Below the pieces are notes generated by a model. The model was given only the letters and a program-made list of their open reading frames with translations, did not search any database and had not been told where the DNA came from. A stretch of DNA of 27,504 bases from Bdellovibrionota bacterium FG-1 (GTDB taxonomy: Bacteria > Bdellovibrionota > UBA1018). Position 1 is the stretch's first letter. Each line of letters begins with the position of its first letter. Below are positions 1-8,567 of this stretch, in pieces. The DNA lies in contig JBBCAW010000141.1 in the NCBI GenBank assembly GCA_051382295.1, positions 1-27,504 of the forward strand, written 5' to 3'. Both the position numbers and the translations under genes were made by a program.

Positions 1-111
1 GTATCATTTCGAACTTTACTGGGACTTGGAACTCTCCGGCCTGGATTAACCTATCGAGAAGTCTACAGCGTTGCGCGCAGCGCGAAATCTTCAAAAACAT
101 CAATTAAGTGA
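1..111 (+). CDS. IS1595-family transposase, C-terminal fragment (partial)
   Basis: Frame 1 reads VSFRTLLGLGTLRPGLTYREVYSVARSAKSSKTSIK*, resembling the FRxLLG...TY tail of IS1595 transposases. The stop (109-111) lies inside the IR. Confidence 0.8.
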   Translation, partial: VSFRTLLGLGTLRPGLTYREVYSVARSAKSSKTSIK

Positions 112-127
112 CAACCGGATAAGCAGG
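1..127 (+). mobile_element. Right end of an IS1595-family (ISSod11-like) insertion sequence; IRR at 103-127
   Basis: The reverse complement of 103-127, CCTGCTTATCCGGTTGTCACTTAAT, is identical (25/25) to 27323-27347. The end fits the ISSod11-group nnnGCnTATC pattern. A transposase-like C-terminus precedes it. Confidence 0.9.
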
Positions 128-1051
128 AAAAATTTGAAGGGGCTGCGCAGGGTTTTCCGTTTGTTGGAGTCGATAACCCAGGTAATTAATCCCATCGACT
201 AGCGAATTTAGGCTCGACTTTGACGGGTTTAGGCGCTGATCGCGATGAGCTTGCAACCAGCGATCAACGGGCTCGGCCATGGGGCGTAGTTTCTCGGGAT
301 CACGGTCTAGCAAAAGAAGGTCATCCATGTAACGCATGTAGGCGTCCGGCTTGAACTCACGTTGAATCAGGTGATCAAGCGCAGTGAGATAGGCGTTTGC
401 TCCAAATTGGCTGGTGAGATTGCCGATGGGAATGCCTTTTTCAGGGGGTTGTTCAAACCAGCTTTTGCCCGGCGGAATCAACTTGGACAAACCGTGAGCA
501 CCACTCATTTTGACGCCAATCCTGGCGTCGTGGCTATAAATTGTCTGAACCAGGGACTTCAGCATGGGGTGTTTCACGTCCTTGGCCAGCAGGTTGCAAA
601 GAGTCGGCCGATGAATGCTAACGAAAAATTTTTCAACGTCGAGTTGTAACGCAAAAACGGGGTCGTATCCGCCCCGGCTTAAGCGACGTACTTTCTTTTG
701 TAGGAATCGAATGGCTCCATGCGATCCCCGGCCAATACGGCACGCGAAGCTTCCGTCGATGAATTTTCGCTCCCAACTTGGGCTGAGCTTTGTCACGACC
801 AGGTGGTGGATAACTCGGTCCCTGAAATTGGCCGCGAAGATTTCTCGGGGCCGGGGATGGGTGACGATAAAGCACTTCGCGGGCGATGGGCGATATCGCC
901 CCGAGTGAATTTCCTTGAGTAAATCCGACAAGTTCTCTGCCAGCCTGAGTTCAAATTGAATTTGGGACGAACTCGCGGGCTTGCGGAGCCGACAGCTCTT
1001 ATAGGCGGTCATCAGATCATGAAATGAGGGCCAGCCAGGGTCGATTCGCAT
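128..1051 (-). pseudogene. DGR-class reverse transcriptase, C-terminally interrupted by the IS
   Basis: Motifs PRPREIFAANFRDRVIHH, LQLDVEKFF, GIPIGNLTSQ (DGR-type GxxxSQ), RYMDD and INYLGY. The last residues of the ORF (PAYPVVT*) are encoded by the IS IR. Start is ATG 1051 or TTG 1141. Confidence 0.85.
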
Positions 1052-1131
1052 GGGGATGGGTTCATTTCCCTGAACAGGGGGCCTGTGGGAAGGCGATAAA
1101 AAACGCACGCTATTTCGCGGTTTCTCGGAAT

Positions 1132-1169
1132 TTGACTTCAACCTCTGATATATGGTAACCTAAACCATA
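1132..1169 (+). promoter_or_regulatory. Sigma70-type promoter with an overlapping palindromic operator for the TumE/HTH pair
   Basis: TTGACT (1132-1137), N18, TAACCT (1156-1161) with a TG extension. Palindrome TATGGT-N7-ACCATA (1151-1169) covers the -10. Confidence 0.55.
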
Positions 1170-1172
1170 GGT

Positions 1173-1481
1173 ATGTAACAAAGAAAGCCCCGCGCCAAAA
1201 AGATTCTGAAGACAAAAGTCGTGCTTTTCAGTGGTGTAATCGTAGAGATGCAAATTTGGGAGATTCGAGGGGATGAACGGTTCCCCGATGGGTTCAAGTA
1301 TTCGTTGTATGCCGTCTTTGGTGGTCAGATTTTGGTGGGGTACGACAACCATCACCCGAAGGGGCACCACAGGCACCTGGGGAGCGAAGAGCGTGCTTAC
1401 AATTTTACGACCCTTGAGGCGCTGAAGAACGATTTTAAGGCTGACCTGGAAATTGAATTGGGTCGGGAGGGATTACTGTGA
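1173..1481 (+). CDS. DUF6516 / TumE-family toxin-antitoxin-associated protein; TAA at codon 2, possible pseudogene or restart at GTG 1221
   Basis: EMQIWE...FPDGFKYSL...GYDNHHPKGHHRH family motif. ATG 1173 is in frame but followed by TAA, then QRKPRAKKILKTKVV. Confidence 0.75.
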
Positions 1482-1852
1482 AAGTGAAAAAGATTAGGGT
1501 TCAAATCAAGTCATTGGACGCCGCTCTTGACGAATTCGTTGAGGTCGCGGGAAAGATTCAAAAAGGGACTAAAGTTGCGCCAAAAACAGCGACCTATGTA
1601 GTGGATTCCGAGACGGCGCGAGCTATTTTCACCGAGAGCCGTCTGAGATTGATCCAGACCATCAAGCACAAGGCTCCAAAGTCGATTTACGAACTAGCTA
1701 AAATCGTAAAGCGTGATTTTAAGAATGTTTACGACGACGTGGTTTTTCTCGCTGAAATCGGCATTCTTGGGATTACGGAAAGCAAAGACGGACGGAAGCA
1801 AAAAAAGCCCTCTTTACGCTGTGAGAGCATTTTATTCGATATTGCCGCCTAG
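1478..1852 (+). CDS. HVO_A0114-like winged-HTH DNA-binding protein (putative antitoxin/regulator)
   Basis: IFTESRLRLIQTIK...PKSIYELAKIVKRDFKNVYDDVVFL HTH pattern. GTGA overlap with the upstream DUF6516 gene is the usual pairing. Confidence 0.8.
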   Translation: MKVKKIRVQIKSLDAALDEFVEVAGKIQKGTKVAPKTATYVVDSETARAIFTESRLRLIQTIKHKAPKSIYELAKIVKRDFKNVYDDVVFLAEIGILGITESKDGRKQKKPSLRCESILFDIAA

Positions 1853-1873
1853 GCTCGGCATGCATGGTCTTTT

Positions 1874-2041
1874 TTAACGGCCCATTTGCAACTGCCTGTT
1901 GAATGCCCCAAGTGATACAGGATGTTTTTGGGAATAAATGGCCTCTCGCTTCAGCTCAAGGGTCGCCGCATGAAGAAGTCCAAGCGTGCCAAGGATCAGG
2001 GCCAGGTTGATGATGAAACCGATCAATTTACCGATGTCCAT
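1874..2041 (-). CDS. Small (55 aa) single-pass membrane or secreted hypothetical protein
   Basis: MDIGKLIGFIINLALILGTLGLLHAATLELKREAIYSQKHPVSLGAFNRQLQMGR*. SD-like GAGGGAG upstream and a hydrophobic N-terminus. Not in the ORF track. Confidence 0.65.
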   Translation of the reverse strand: MDIGKLIGFIINLALILGTLGLLHAATLELKREAIYSQKHPVSLGAFNRQLQMGR

Positions 2042-2121
2042 GTGCAGTCAGTCTCCCTCTGCGCGAAAGCGCGGAAAAGTGACCAATGACAAGCGAAATG
2101 GATGACCAGAAGGAGGGCTGC

Positions 2122-2154
2122 GCACTAAGACAGCAGTAAGACACCACTAAGATT
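2122..2154. repeat. Three tandem 11-bp imperfect direct repeats (att-arm-like)
   Basis: GCACTAAGACA / GCAGTAAGACA / CCACTAAGATT, about 125 bp from the tRNA 3' end. Confidence 0.65.
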
Positions 2155-2279
2155 ACGCCCGTGTTTTCGGGTGAATATCAGTGATGGTTGCCCGAGTGCG
2201 ACCTCTTCAACTCGTTGGAACCTTTTGCCTTTAGTTATTGTTAGTTATCTTGCAAGGAATCAAAACCGTGCTTGAAATT

Positions 2280-2354
2280 TGGTTGGAGCGACTGGGGTTG
2301 AACCAGCGACCCCCGCCGTGTGAAGGCGGTGCTCTGCCACTGAGCTACGCTCCA
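2280..2354 (-). tRNA. tRNA-Val (anticodon CAC)
   Basis: Cloverleaf TGGAGCG-TA-GCTC...GAGC-A-CCGCC-TTCACAC-GGCGG-GGGTC-GCTGG-TTCAACC-CCAGT-CGCTCCA-A-CCA, with encoded CCA. Confidence 0.97.
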
Positions 2355-2400
2355 ATATCAAGTAGAAATGTCAGGCGACCTTAACCGGGGCAAAATGGGT

Positions 2401-2430
2401 TTGCAAGAGGGATGTTGAGGTGGTTATCTT
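2401..2430 (+). promoter_or_regulatory. Sigma70-type promoter for dedA (leaderless)
   Basis: TTGCAA-N18-TATCTT, ending 6 nt before ATG 2437. Confidence 0.5.
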
Positions 2431-2436
2431 GCATTC

Positions 2437-3102
2437 ATGCTTCATGAATTAATTAGGACATGGTTTGGCTGGGTCGAGGCTTGGGGTTACGTGGGGATTT
2501 TTGCCTTGATGGCGATGGAAAGTTCCATTATTCCCGTACCTTCTGAAGTCGTTATGCCACCAGCGGCTTTTTGGGCCGCCCAAGGTAAAATGAGTTTGGC
2601 CGGGGTGGTGTTAGCCGGAACTGCGGGCAGTTATTGCGGGTCCGTACTCAATTATTGGGTGGCCCGTTGGGTAGGGCAGCCCGTCGTTTTGAAATATGGA
2701 AAATATTTCCTGATGCCGCCTGAAAAACTTCATCTCGCTGAGGCTTGGATCGCTCGCTTTGGAACCGGGGGCATCTTTTTCGCGCGACTTCTCCCCGTGG
2801 TGCGCCATTTAATTTCCATTCCCGCCGGGGTTCTCAAAATGCCCTTCGCTGTTTTCAGTGCCGCCACCATCGTGGGCGCGGGGCTTTGGTGCACCATTCT
2901 GAGTTGGTTCGGTCAAGAAGTCATTGGCTCTCGGCCCGAGCTCTTGCAGTCACCTGAGGCCATGATCGCCGTGATGAAAGAAAAACTTCACTGGTTTGTC
3001 TTAGCCGTGGTTTTACTCGGCATGCTCTATGGTGCCGTGGCTTGGTTTAAAAGAAGACCAATCACTGATGCAGGGTGCGTACCGACAGAACCAAACCCAT
3101 AA
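2437..3102 (+). CDS. dedA: DedA family membrane protein
   Basis: MESSIIPVPSEVVMPPA and FFARLLPVVRHLISIPAG motifs. Confidence 0.92.
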   Translation: MLHELIRTWFGWVEAWGYVGIFALMAMESSIIPVPSEVVMPPAAFWAAQGKMSLAGVVLAGTAGSYCGSVLNYWVARWVGQPVVLKYGKYFLMPPEKLHLAEAWIARFGTGGIFFARLLPVVRHLISIPAGVLKMPFAVFSAATIVGAGLWCTILSWFGQEVIGSRPELLQSPEAMIAVMKEKLHWFVLAVVLLGMLYGAVAWFKRRPITDAGCVPTEPNP

Positions 3103-4264
3103 AGCAAACCAGGGCTGAAAATAGCGCCCAGACCGATAACAGTTGATGCTCAATGAAATAACCTGAAAAAATCGGGGCGATGATTTGTGCAACCGACATC
3201 AACGATTGTGTGAGGCCTAAAACCACTCCTTGCTCATGGCGACCCACTTTCTGGGTAACGAGGCTCGTGAGGGATGGGCGCAGTGCGCTATGCCCAAAAG
3301 CGCCGATTGAACTCGAGGTCAAAAGTCCGGAAAGCCCGCGGACGAAAGAGAGAATCCCGCTGCTCGCCATCGACGTTAGAAAGCCCGCTGTGATGAGTTT
3401 GCGTTCGCCGAAACGGGCAACCAGTCGGCCAATGATTCCACCTTGCAGAAAAATCCCCAAGAAGCCGGAAAACGCAAAAACGTAGCCGACTTCGCGAGGA
3501 CCAAAAGGGTGATCGCCGTGCATAAATCGTCGCTCCGAAAAAAGGGCAAAACCCGAATTGAAAAGCGCGAACGAAAACACGAAGCAAAAAAACTGCAGAA
3601 GCAGGGGGCCCAGATCCGGACGTTGAAACAATTCTAAATAACGGCGCCAGTTCAGAATTCCTAGGCGCTGACCACCGGGGGCCACGGGGCCCTCGTCTGG
3701 GTGGGCATGCACTGTGGATTCAGAGGGTAACAGCGTGTAGGTCGCTAAGATACTGAGGGCAGACAGGCCGGCTGCTGCATAAATCGGATACGCATAGCCA
3801 AATTGAGCGAGGTAGCCTGAAACCGCCGGCCCCACTAAAAAGCCCAGGCCAAAAGCGACCCCAATCATGCCAAACGCTTTAGCGCGGTTTTTAGGTTCCG
3901 TTACATCCGAGATGTAAGCCTGTGCGAGCGATAAATTGCCCGCGGTAATTCCATCGATCACGCGCGATAAGAAAATCATGGCCAACGAAGTGGCGTTCGC
4001 CAATATTAAAAAACCAATAAAAGTTCCGAGCTGACTGACCAAAAGCAAGGGCTTGCGACCCGTGCGGTCCGAGAGTTGGCCCAGGATCGGCCCCGAAATG
4101 AGTTGGCAAGCCGCATAGGTGGATACTAAAAGGCCAACCACTTTGGGTGTTGCACCCATGTGTTCCGCAAAAAACGGTAAAAGTGGCAAAATTAAGGTGA
4201 GCCCGAGGATATCGACCAGAATAATCAAGAAGATCGGCAACAACGGGGATCTGGGTTTGCTCAT
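3062..4264 (-). CDS. MFS transporter, DHA1/TetA-like efflux family
   Basis: Motif A GQLSDRTGRKP, AYISDVT and GFLVGPAVSG. Many hydrophobic segments. Confidence 0.9.
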   Translation of the reverse strand: MSKPRSPLLPIFLIILVDILGLTLILPLLPFFAEHMGATPKVVGLLVSTYAACQLISGPILGQLSDRTGRKPLLLVSQLGTFIGFLILANATSLAMIFLSRVIDGITAGNLSLAQAYISDVTEPKNRAKAFGMIGVAFGLGFLVGPAVSGYLAQFGYAYPIYAAAGLSALSILATYTLLPSESTVHAHPDEGPVAPGGQRLGILNWRRYLELFQRPDLGPLLLQFFCFVFSFALFNSGFALFSERRFMHGDHPFGPREVGYVFAFSGFLGIFLQGGIIGRLVARFGERKLITAGFLTSMASSGILSFVRGLSGLLTSSSIGAFGHSALRPSLTSLVTQKVGRHEQGVVLGLTQSLMSVAQIIAPIFSGYFIEHQLLSVWALFSALVCFMGLVLSVRTLHQ

Positions 4265-4290
4265 AAGCTCACCCTTGTAACATGGTTTTT

Positions 4291-5205
4291 TTAATACTCG
4301 AACTTCTTATAGTCTTCGCCGCCACGGCCATCTCGGGTCACCACCATAAACACAATTCCCGGTCGGGTGGGCTGGGTCGATGGGGGGGTCCAGGTGTTTA
4401 CATCCGCGTCCGCCGTTCTAAAGTACCGAATATCGCCGTCACTCAAAAACCACGTCGTGGTGAGTGCTTCGGTAGCGGGTAAAAGCGAGCCATCGGCTTG
4501 CTGCACCGTGTACGCTTCGGCCGAGTTAGAGCTAAAAGTGGGAGTGAGGGAGAGCGGTGTTTGAGAGCTGGACGGGTAACTCAGGGCCGCCAAGAGTGGT
4601 TGGAGCGTTTGAGTTGACCCTACTTGCACATCCGTAATCGAGGGGTTGCTATTTTTGGTCGTTCGCGTTGAGGCTAAAAGCCGCTTAAAAGCAATTACTT
4701 GCGCGGTGGCTCCCGTCGAGTCGGTGGCGATGAGTGTGTAGAGCACGAGATAGGCCACGCCATTGTACTGATCCATCGCGCTTCGATGCGCCAAAATGAT
4801 AGGCGGGATCGTGACCGAGATCACCGGCGCTTCGCCCGTATAAGTATTTGAGGTCGATGAAAGGCTGGGGATATTGCCTCCGGGCAGCGTGATCCGGTCG
4901 GGTCGGCCCGCGCAAATTGGGGTTGCGCCGTAACCAACGCCTGGGTCGATGCAAGCTTCGGCGGTATAGCTCAAGCTCCGTTTTCCGGCGACCGTAGCCG
5001 TTGGCAGATCGCTGACCACCGGCGTGATTTGGACCGTGTCTCCGGGGGCTGCTTCGGGTTTGTCCGCCTTGATGGCCAAAATCCTCAAGCCCCCCAGTCG
5101 AACATAATCGGGAAGTTCGGTGGTACTGCATCCTGCGGCTATCACTGCGGCTATGAGGCAAGCCAAAGAGTTGAGATTGAGTCGTCGAGTGAAAGAGTAT
5201 TTCAT
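4291..5205 (-). CDS. Hypothetical lipoprotein associated with the TonB-dependent receptor
   Basis: Lipobox IAAGC. LRILAIKADKPE and VVTRDGRGG segments. Coupled to the TBDR by a 1-nt overlap. Confidence 0.75.
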   Translation of the reverse strand: MKYSFTRRLNLNSLACLIAAVIAAGCSTTELPDYVRLGGLRILAIKADKPEAAPGDTVQITPVVSDLPTATVAGKRSLSYTAEACIDPGVGYGATPICAGRPDRITLPGGNIPSLSSTSNTYTGEAPVISVTIPPIILAHRSAMDQYNGVAYLVLYTLIATDSTGATAQVIAFKRLLASTRTTKNSNPSITDVQVGSTQTLQPLLAALSYPSSSQTPLSLTPTFSSNSAEAYTVQQADGSLLPATEALTTTWFLSDGDIRYFRTADADVNTWTPPSTQPTRPGIVFMVVTRDGRGGEDYKKFEY

Positions 5206-7517
5206 TAGAATTCTCCTTTCAAGCCAAAGATCGGAAGCAGCGGAATGTCCTGAATGATCGTTTTTTGCGAATAATCATACGAATATAAAATCGCCTGCGA
5301 GTTGCGATGCCAGATTCCGGACACGTTTTGAAGATCAAAGTACGCCGATAAAATCCAAGTATTATAGATCCATTTTTTGTCCACTCTCAAGTCGACTTGC
5401 CAAAAAGGATCCAGTCGCTCGGAGTAAAAAGCGCCGCGCGCCGGAATATAAATGTCGTTATCGACATCCAAAGTGCCGCCGGTGATGGGCGTGAGGGGAT
5501 TTCCGGTCACATAGCGAAAGCGAGCGGAGATCTGCCAATTATGGGGGAGCTCCACGCTCCCCACTGCGGCGAGATTATGGGTTTGGTCATAACGGTAAAT
5601 GGCTTCTGGCTGGTCAGGACTCCACCGAGAACTCCGCGAAACCGTATAGCTGATCCAACCACTCCAGGGCTTGAAGTCATAGCGGGCTTGACCTTCGAGA
5701 CCAAAAGCTCGCCCACTGCCATTATTGTTGTAGTTCTCGGGTTGAGTGGTCCCGTCCGGCGCGGTGACGGTGGCAAAAGAAGGTAAAATGAGGCGATAAA
5801 AATGTTTGTAAAAGACGTCACTCGAAAGCGTCCACCCTTTTGAGCTGCCCTCGCGAAAGTCTTTTTCTACGCCGAGGGTGGCGTGCGCCGCGAGCGGGGC
5901 TTTGAGATTGGGGTTGCCGTAGCTGGAACTGGTTTCTTGCGGTTGGGGGGGCTGCGAATAAAGGCCACCCGAAGAACGTAAAGAGAGAGTTTCCGAGAGC
6001 TTGTATCGTATTTGTAAGCGGGGCTCTGGAATCCATTCGTGGGTATCTTGAAAATAATCCGCACGAAGAGCGGGGATGAGTGTCAACGGGGTTTCGCCCA
6101 TCCGGAGTTCGTTGCGCCAGTACAGCCCGATTTGATCATTGCTTTGTTTGACGCTGGCGTTGACCGTGGTGGCCGCGCCGATCGGGTTAGAAACTCCACC
6201 GGCGCTGTAAATTTTTGGAAGGGCGAAATCCACGGTGGCCCAACTGTAGGCATTGTCAAAACCGATAAAAGTCCGCCAATAATCGTTGATTTGCTTTTCG
6301 AGTTCGCCTCGGACGGTCAGTTCAAAAGCGTTGAGATGAAAAAAATTATCCTGGGTATCAAAACGAACCCAGTCTTTTCCCAAACCTAGACTCAAACGAC
6401 TGATGGTTCGGGCGCTGTGTCGATGGGTCCATTCCGGGATCACTCTGAAAAAACTCGTCAGCGTTGAAAAATTTCCGCGAAGCGCCGGATTGCTTTTAAC
6501 CGGCTCGGCCAGCACGAAGCTCAGCGTATCGAGCGATCCCACTGTGACCAGTTTGAACGAGTCGATCGGGGTGACTTCGCGCTGGTAAATGGCCGTGAGG
6601 TCAGAAAAATCAGGGGCAACGGTGAGGTTGAAGTCTTTGTTGTTTTTGAAAAGAGTTTTGAGAACTAAGCCGATGTAACTTTGGCGCGCGGAAATCAGAA
6701 AGGAGCTTTTGTCATCAATCGGACCTTCAAGAATCCCTCCCAAATTGAAGATATCCACAAAGCCGAGCCCATGGATACGATCAGTAGCCGGGGATTTGAG
6801 CCAGACTCCGACTAATCCGGCCGTCGTGCGTCCGTATTCCGCGCCAAAGCCTGAAGTGAGCAAATCCACACGGTCCACGGCTTCGGGCGGGACGATGGTG
6901 CTGAGCCCCCCAAAGTGAAAGATGATCGGTACTTCATGACCTTCTAATTGGTAACCGGTATCTTGGGGGGATGATCCCTCGATAATCACTTGGGACGAAA
7001 AATTGCTCGTGCGATTGACCCCGGGGAGGTTCTGTACGGCTTTGATGGGATCGTTGCCCGCTCCCGCGAGTTTGGAGATTTGATCGCGAGTGATGGATCT
7101 CGTTTTGTCATCACGTTTTTGGGCTTTATCGTAAATGGTCGTTTCGTAGGTGAGATACGACGATTTTTCGAGATAGAACTCCCTGGGCGGGATCGGTAAC
7201 GGCGCGTCCGAAGACTGTTCGTCGTAATACTCAAAGCGTTCATAGCCGGTGAATTGAATCACCCATTTCAAGGGGCCTGTCGGCACTTCATTCAACGAAA
7301 AGCGTCCCTTTGTATCCGTGGTCGCCTTGATGACTTTTCCATTTTGTCCCTCTGCGGTTTGGGGAATGCAAAAGACATGGACGCCTTCGAGCGGTTTACG
7401 AGTGCCTCGTTCGCGGAGCGAACCTTCCAGATGAACGGTTGAGCTGGCTTGGGCTAGAGAAACGAAAATCAGCCACAGAAGCGGGAAAAGGGCACGAAGT
7501 CGCACAAGGGCTTTCAT
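5205..7517 (-). CDS. TonB-dependent outer-membrane receptor with an N-terminal carboxypeptidase-regulatory-like domain
   Basis: Signal peptide, plug motif DPIKAVQNLPGV and GFGAEYG, beta-barrel patterning, C-terminal FGLKGEF. Confidence 0.92.
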   Translation of the reverse strand: MKALVRLRALFPLLWLIFVSLAQASSTVHLEGSLRERGTRKPLEGVHVFCIPQTAEGQNGKVIKATTDTKGRFSLNEVPTGPLKWVIQFTGYERFEYYDEQSSDAPLPIPPREFYLEKSSYLTYETTIYDKAQKRDDKTRSITRDQISKLAGAGNDPIKAVQNLPGVNRTSNFSSQVIIEGSSPQDTGYQLEGHEVPIIFHFGGLSTIVPPEAVDRVDLLTSGFGAEYGRTTAGLVGVWLKSPATDRIHGLGFVDIFNLGGILEGPIDDKSSFLISARQSYIGLVLKTLFKNNKDFNLTVAPDFSDLTAIYQREVTPIDSFKLVTVGSLDTLSFVLAEPVKSNPALRGNFSTLTSFFRVIPEWTHRHSARTISRLSLGLGKDWVRFDTQDNFFHLNAFELTVRGELEKQINDYWRTFIGFDNAYSWATVDFALPKIYSAGGVSNPIGAATTVNASVKQSNDQIGLYWRNELRMGETPLTLIPALRADYFQDTHEWIPEPRLQIRYKLSETLSLRSSGGLYSQPPQPQETSSSYGNPNLKAPLAAHATLGVEKDFREGSSKGWTLSSDVFYKHFYRLILPSFATVTAPDGTTQPENYNNNGSGRAFGLEGQARYDFKPWSGWISYTVSRSSRWSPDQPEAIYRYDQTHNLAAVGSVELPHNWQISARFRYVTGNPLTPITGGTLDVDNDIYIPARGAFYSERLDPFWQVDLRVDKKWIYNTWILSAYFDLQNVSGIWHRNSQAILYSYDYSQKTIIQDIPLLPIFGLKGEF

Positions 7518-8176
7518 TATCTCTCCAAAACAAAACGATAAGCATAGCGGATCCGGACGGCAACGGCTTTGTCTTGGATCTTGGCTGGTTTAAACAAAAA
7601 ACCCCGGACGGCGTTCAGGGCTGCGGTGTTGAGGGAGGCCTCCGGCCCTTGCACAAAAGTGACTTCTCGAACCTTGCCTTCGGTATCAATCAGTAAATCC
7701 ATGACCACTGCGCCTTGAATTCCCCGCCGTTTGGCTGCGGGAGGGTAGGCGATCCTGATCTCTTGGGCGAGTTCGGGCATCTGCGTGACGAGATATTCTT
7801 CAGTCGGAACCGGTAAAGAGTCAGGATCGTCGGGTCTCAACTTCTCTTGATCTGGAGCTTTGGCCAGCGTGTTGCCCGCCTTGGTTTCAATCGCATCGGG
7901 AGCTTCTGACGTGAGAGCCTTGCGAGATTGACCAAAGACCGCGCGAGGTTGCTTTTTTTCGATTTTCTTGGGTTCGCGCCGGGTCTGGATACTGACGGCC
8001 TTGGGGGCTTGAGCAGGAGCATCGATGACCGTGATATCCACATTTTGTGTGGGTCGAACGCGTTGAAACAGCAAAGAAGCGATCATCGCCGCCAAAAGGA
8101 GGTGGATACCGCCGGATAAATTCCAAGGAGAGAGGTGTCGGATCGGGGTGTTAAGGGCGTTCGATTTGGATAGCAA
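7517..8176 (-). CDS. tonB: TonB family energy transducer (start uncertain)
   Basis: N-terminal TM helix with S-x-x-x-H, Pro/Lys-rich linker and TonB_C motif YPPAAKRRGIQGAV...FKPA. Confidence 0.88.
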   Translation of the reverse strand: MLSKSNALNTPIRHLSPWNLSGGIHLLLAAMIASLLFQRVRPTQNVDITVIDAPAQAPKAVSIQTRREPKKIEKKQPRAVFGQSRKALTSEAPDAIETKAGNTLAKAPDQEKLRPDDPDSLPVPTEEYLVTQMPELAQEIRIAYPPAAKRRGIQGAVVMDLLIDTEGKVREVTFVQGPEASLNTAALNAVRGFLFKPAKIQDKAVAVRIRYAYRFVLER

Positions 8177-8567
8177 AGCGATTCAACCCCGCAGATTTGA
8201 TGAGGTCAATGGCCCGGACCACATCAGCATGGCGTGCATCGGCATCGGCACTGATCAAGGCTTGGGTATCTGGATTCATAGCCAGCGCCGCTTTGACTTG
8301 TGCTGCCAATGAGACAGGATCGACCAATTGGCCATTCAATAAAATTTGCCCTTGGCGCGTGACGGCAATTCCAAAAGGGCTCATGGTTTTGGAATCGGCG
8401 CTCGAAGCCTTGGGCAGATGAAGCTGGATCGCGTCTTTCATGAGGCCTGGGGCTGTGACCATAAAAATAACGAGTAATACGAGTACGACATCGACAAAAG
8501 GGGTCACGTTGATGGCCGAAATAGGCCCGGCATCATCCGATACAGAAGAGGGGAGCTCAGCCGCCAC
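8151..8567 (-). CDS. exbD: Biopolymer transport protein ExbD/TolR
   Basis: INVTPFVDVVLVLLVIFMVTAP and ISADADARHADVV. Likely GTG start at 8567, overlapping the exbB end. Confidence 0.9.
   Translation of the reverse strand: MAAELPSSVSDDAGPISAINVTPFVDVVLVLLVIFMVTAPGLMKDAIQLHLPKASSADSKTMSPFGIAVTRQGQILLNGQLVDPVSLAAQVKAALAMNPDTQALISADADARHADVVRAIDLIKSAGLNRFAIQIERP

Noticed and set aside
104..1141. Intact RT, or a retron / group II intron RT
   Set aside because: The last codons come from the IS IR. The motif is the DGR-type GNLTSQ rather than PQG.SP, and no retron NAxxH/VTG motifs, msr-msd or intron domain V were seen.
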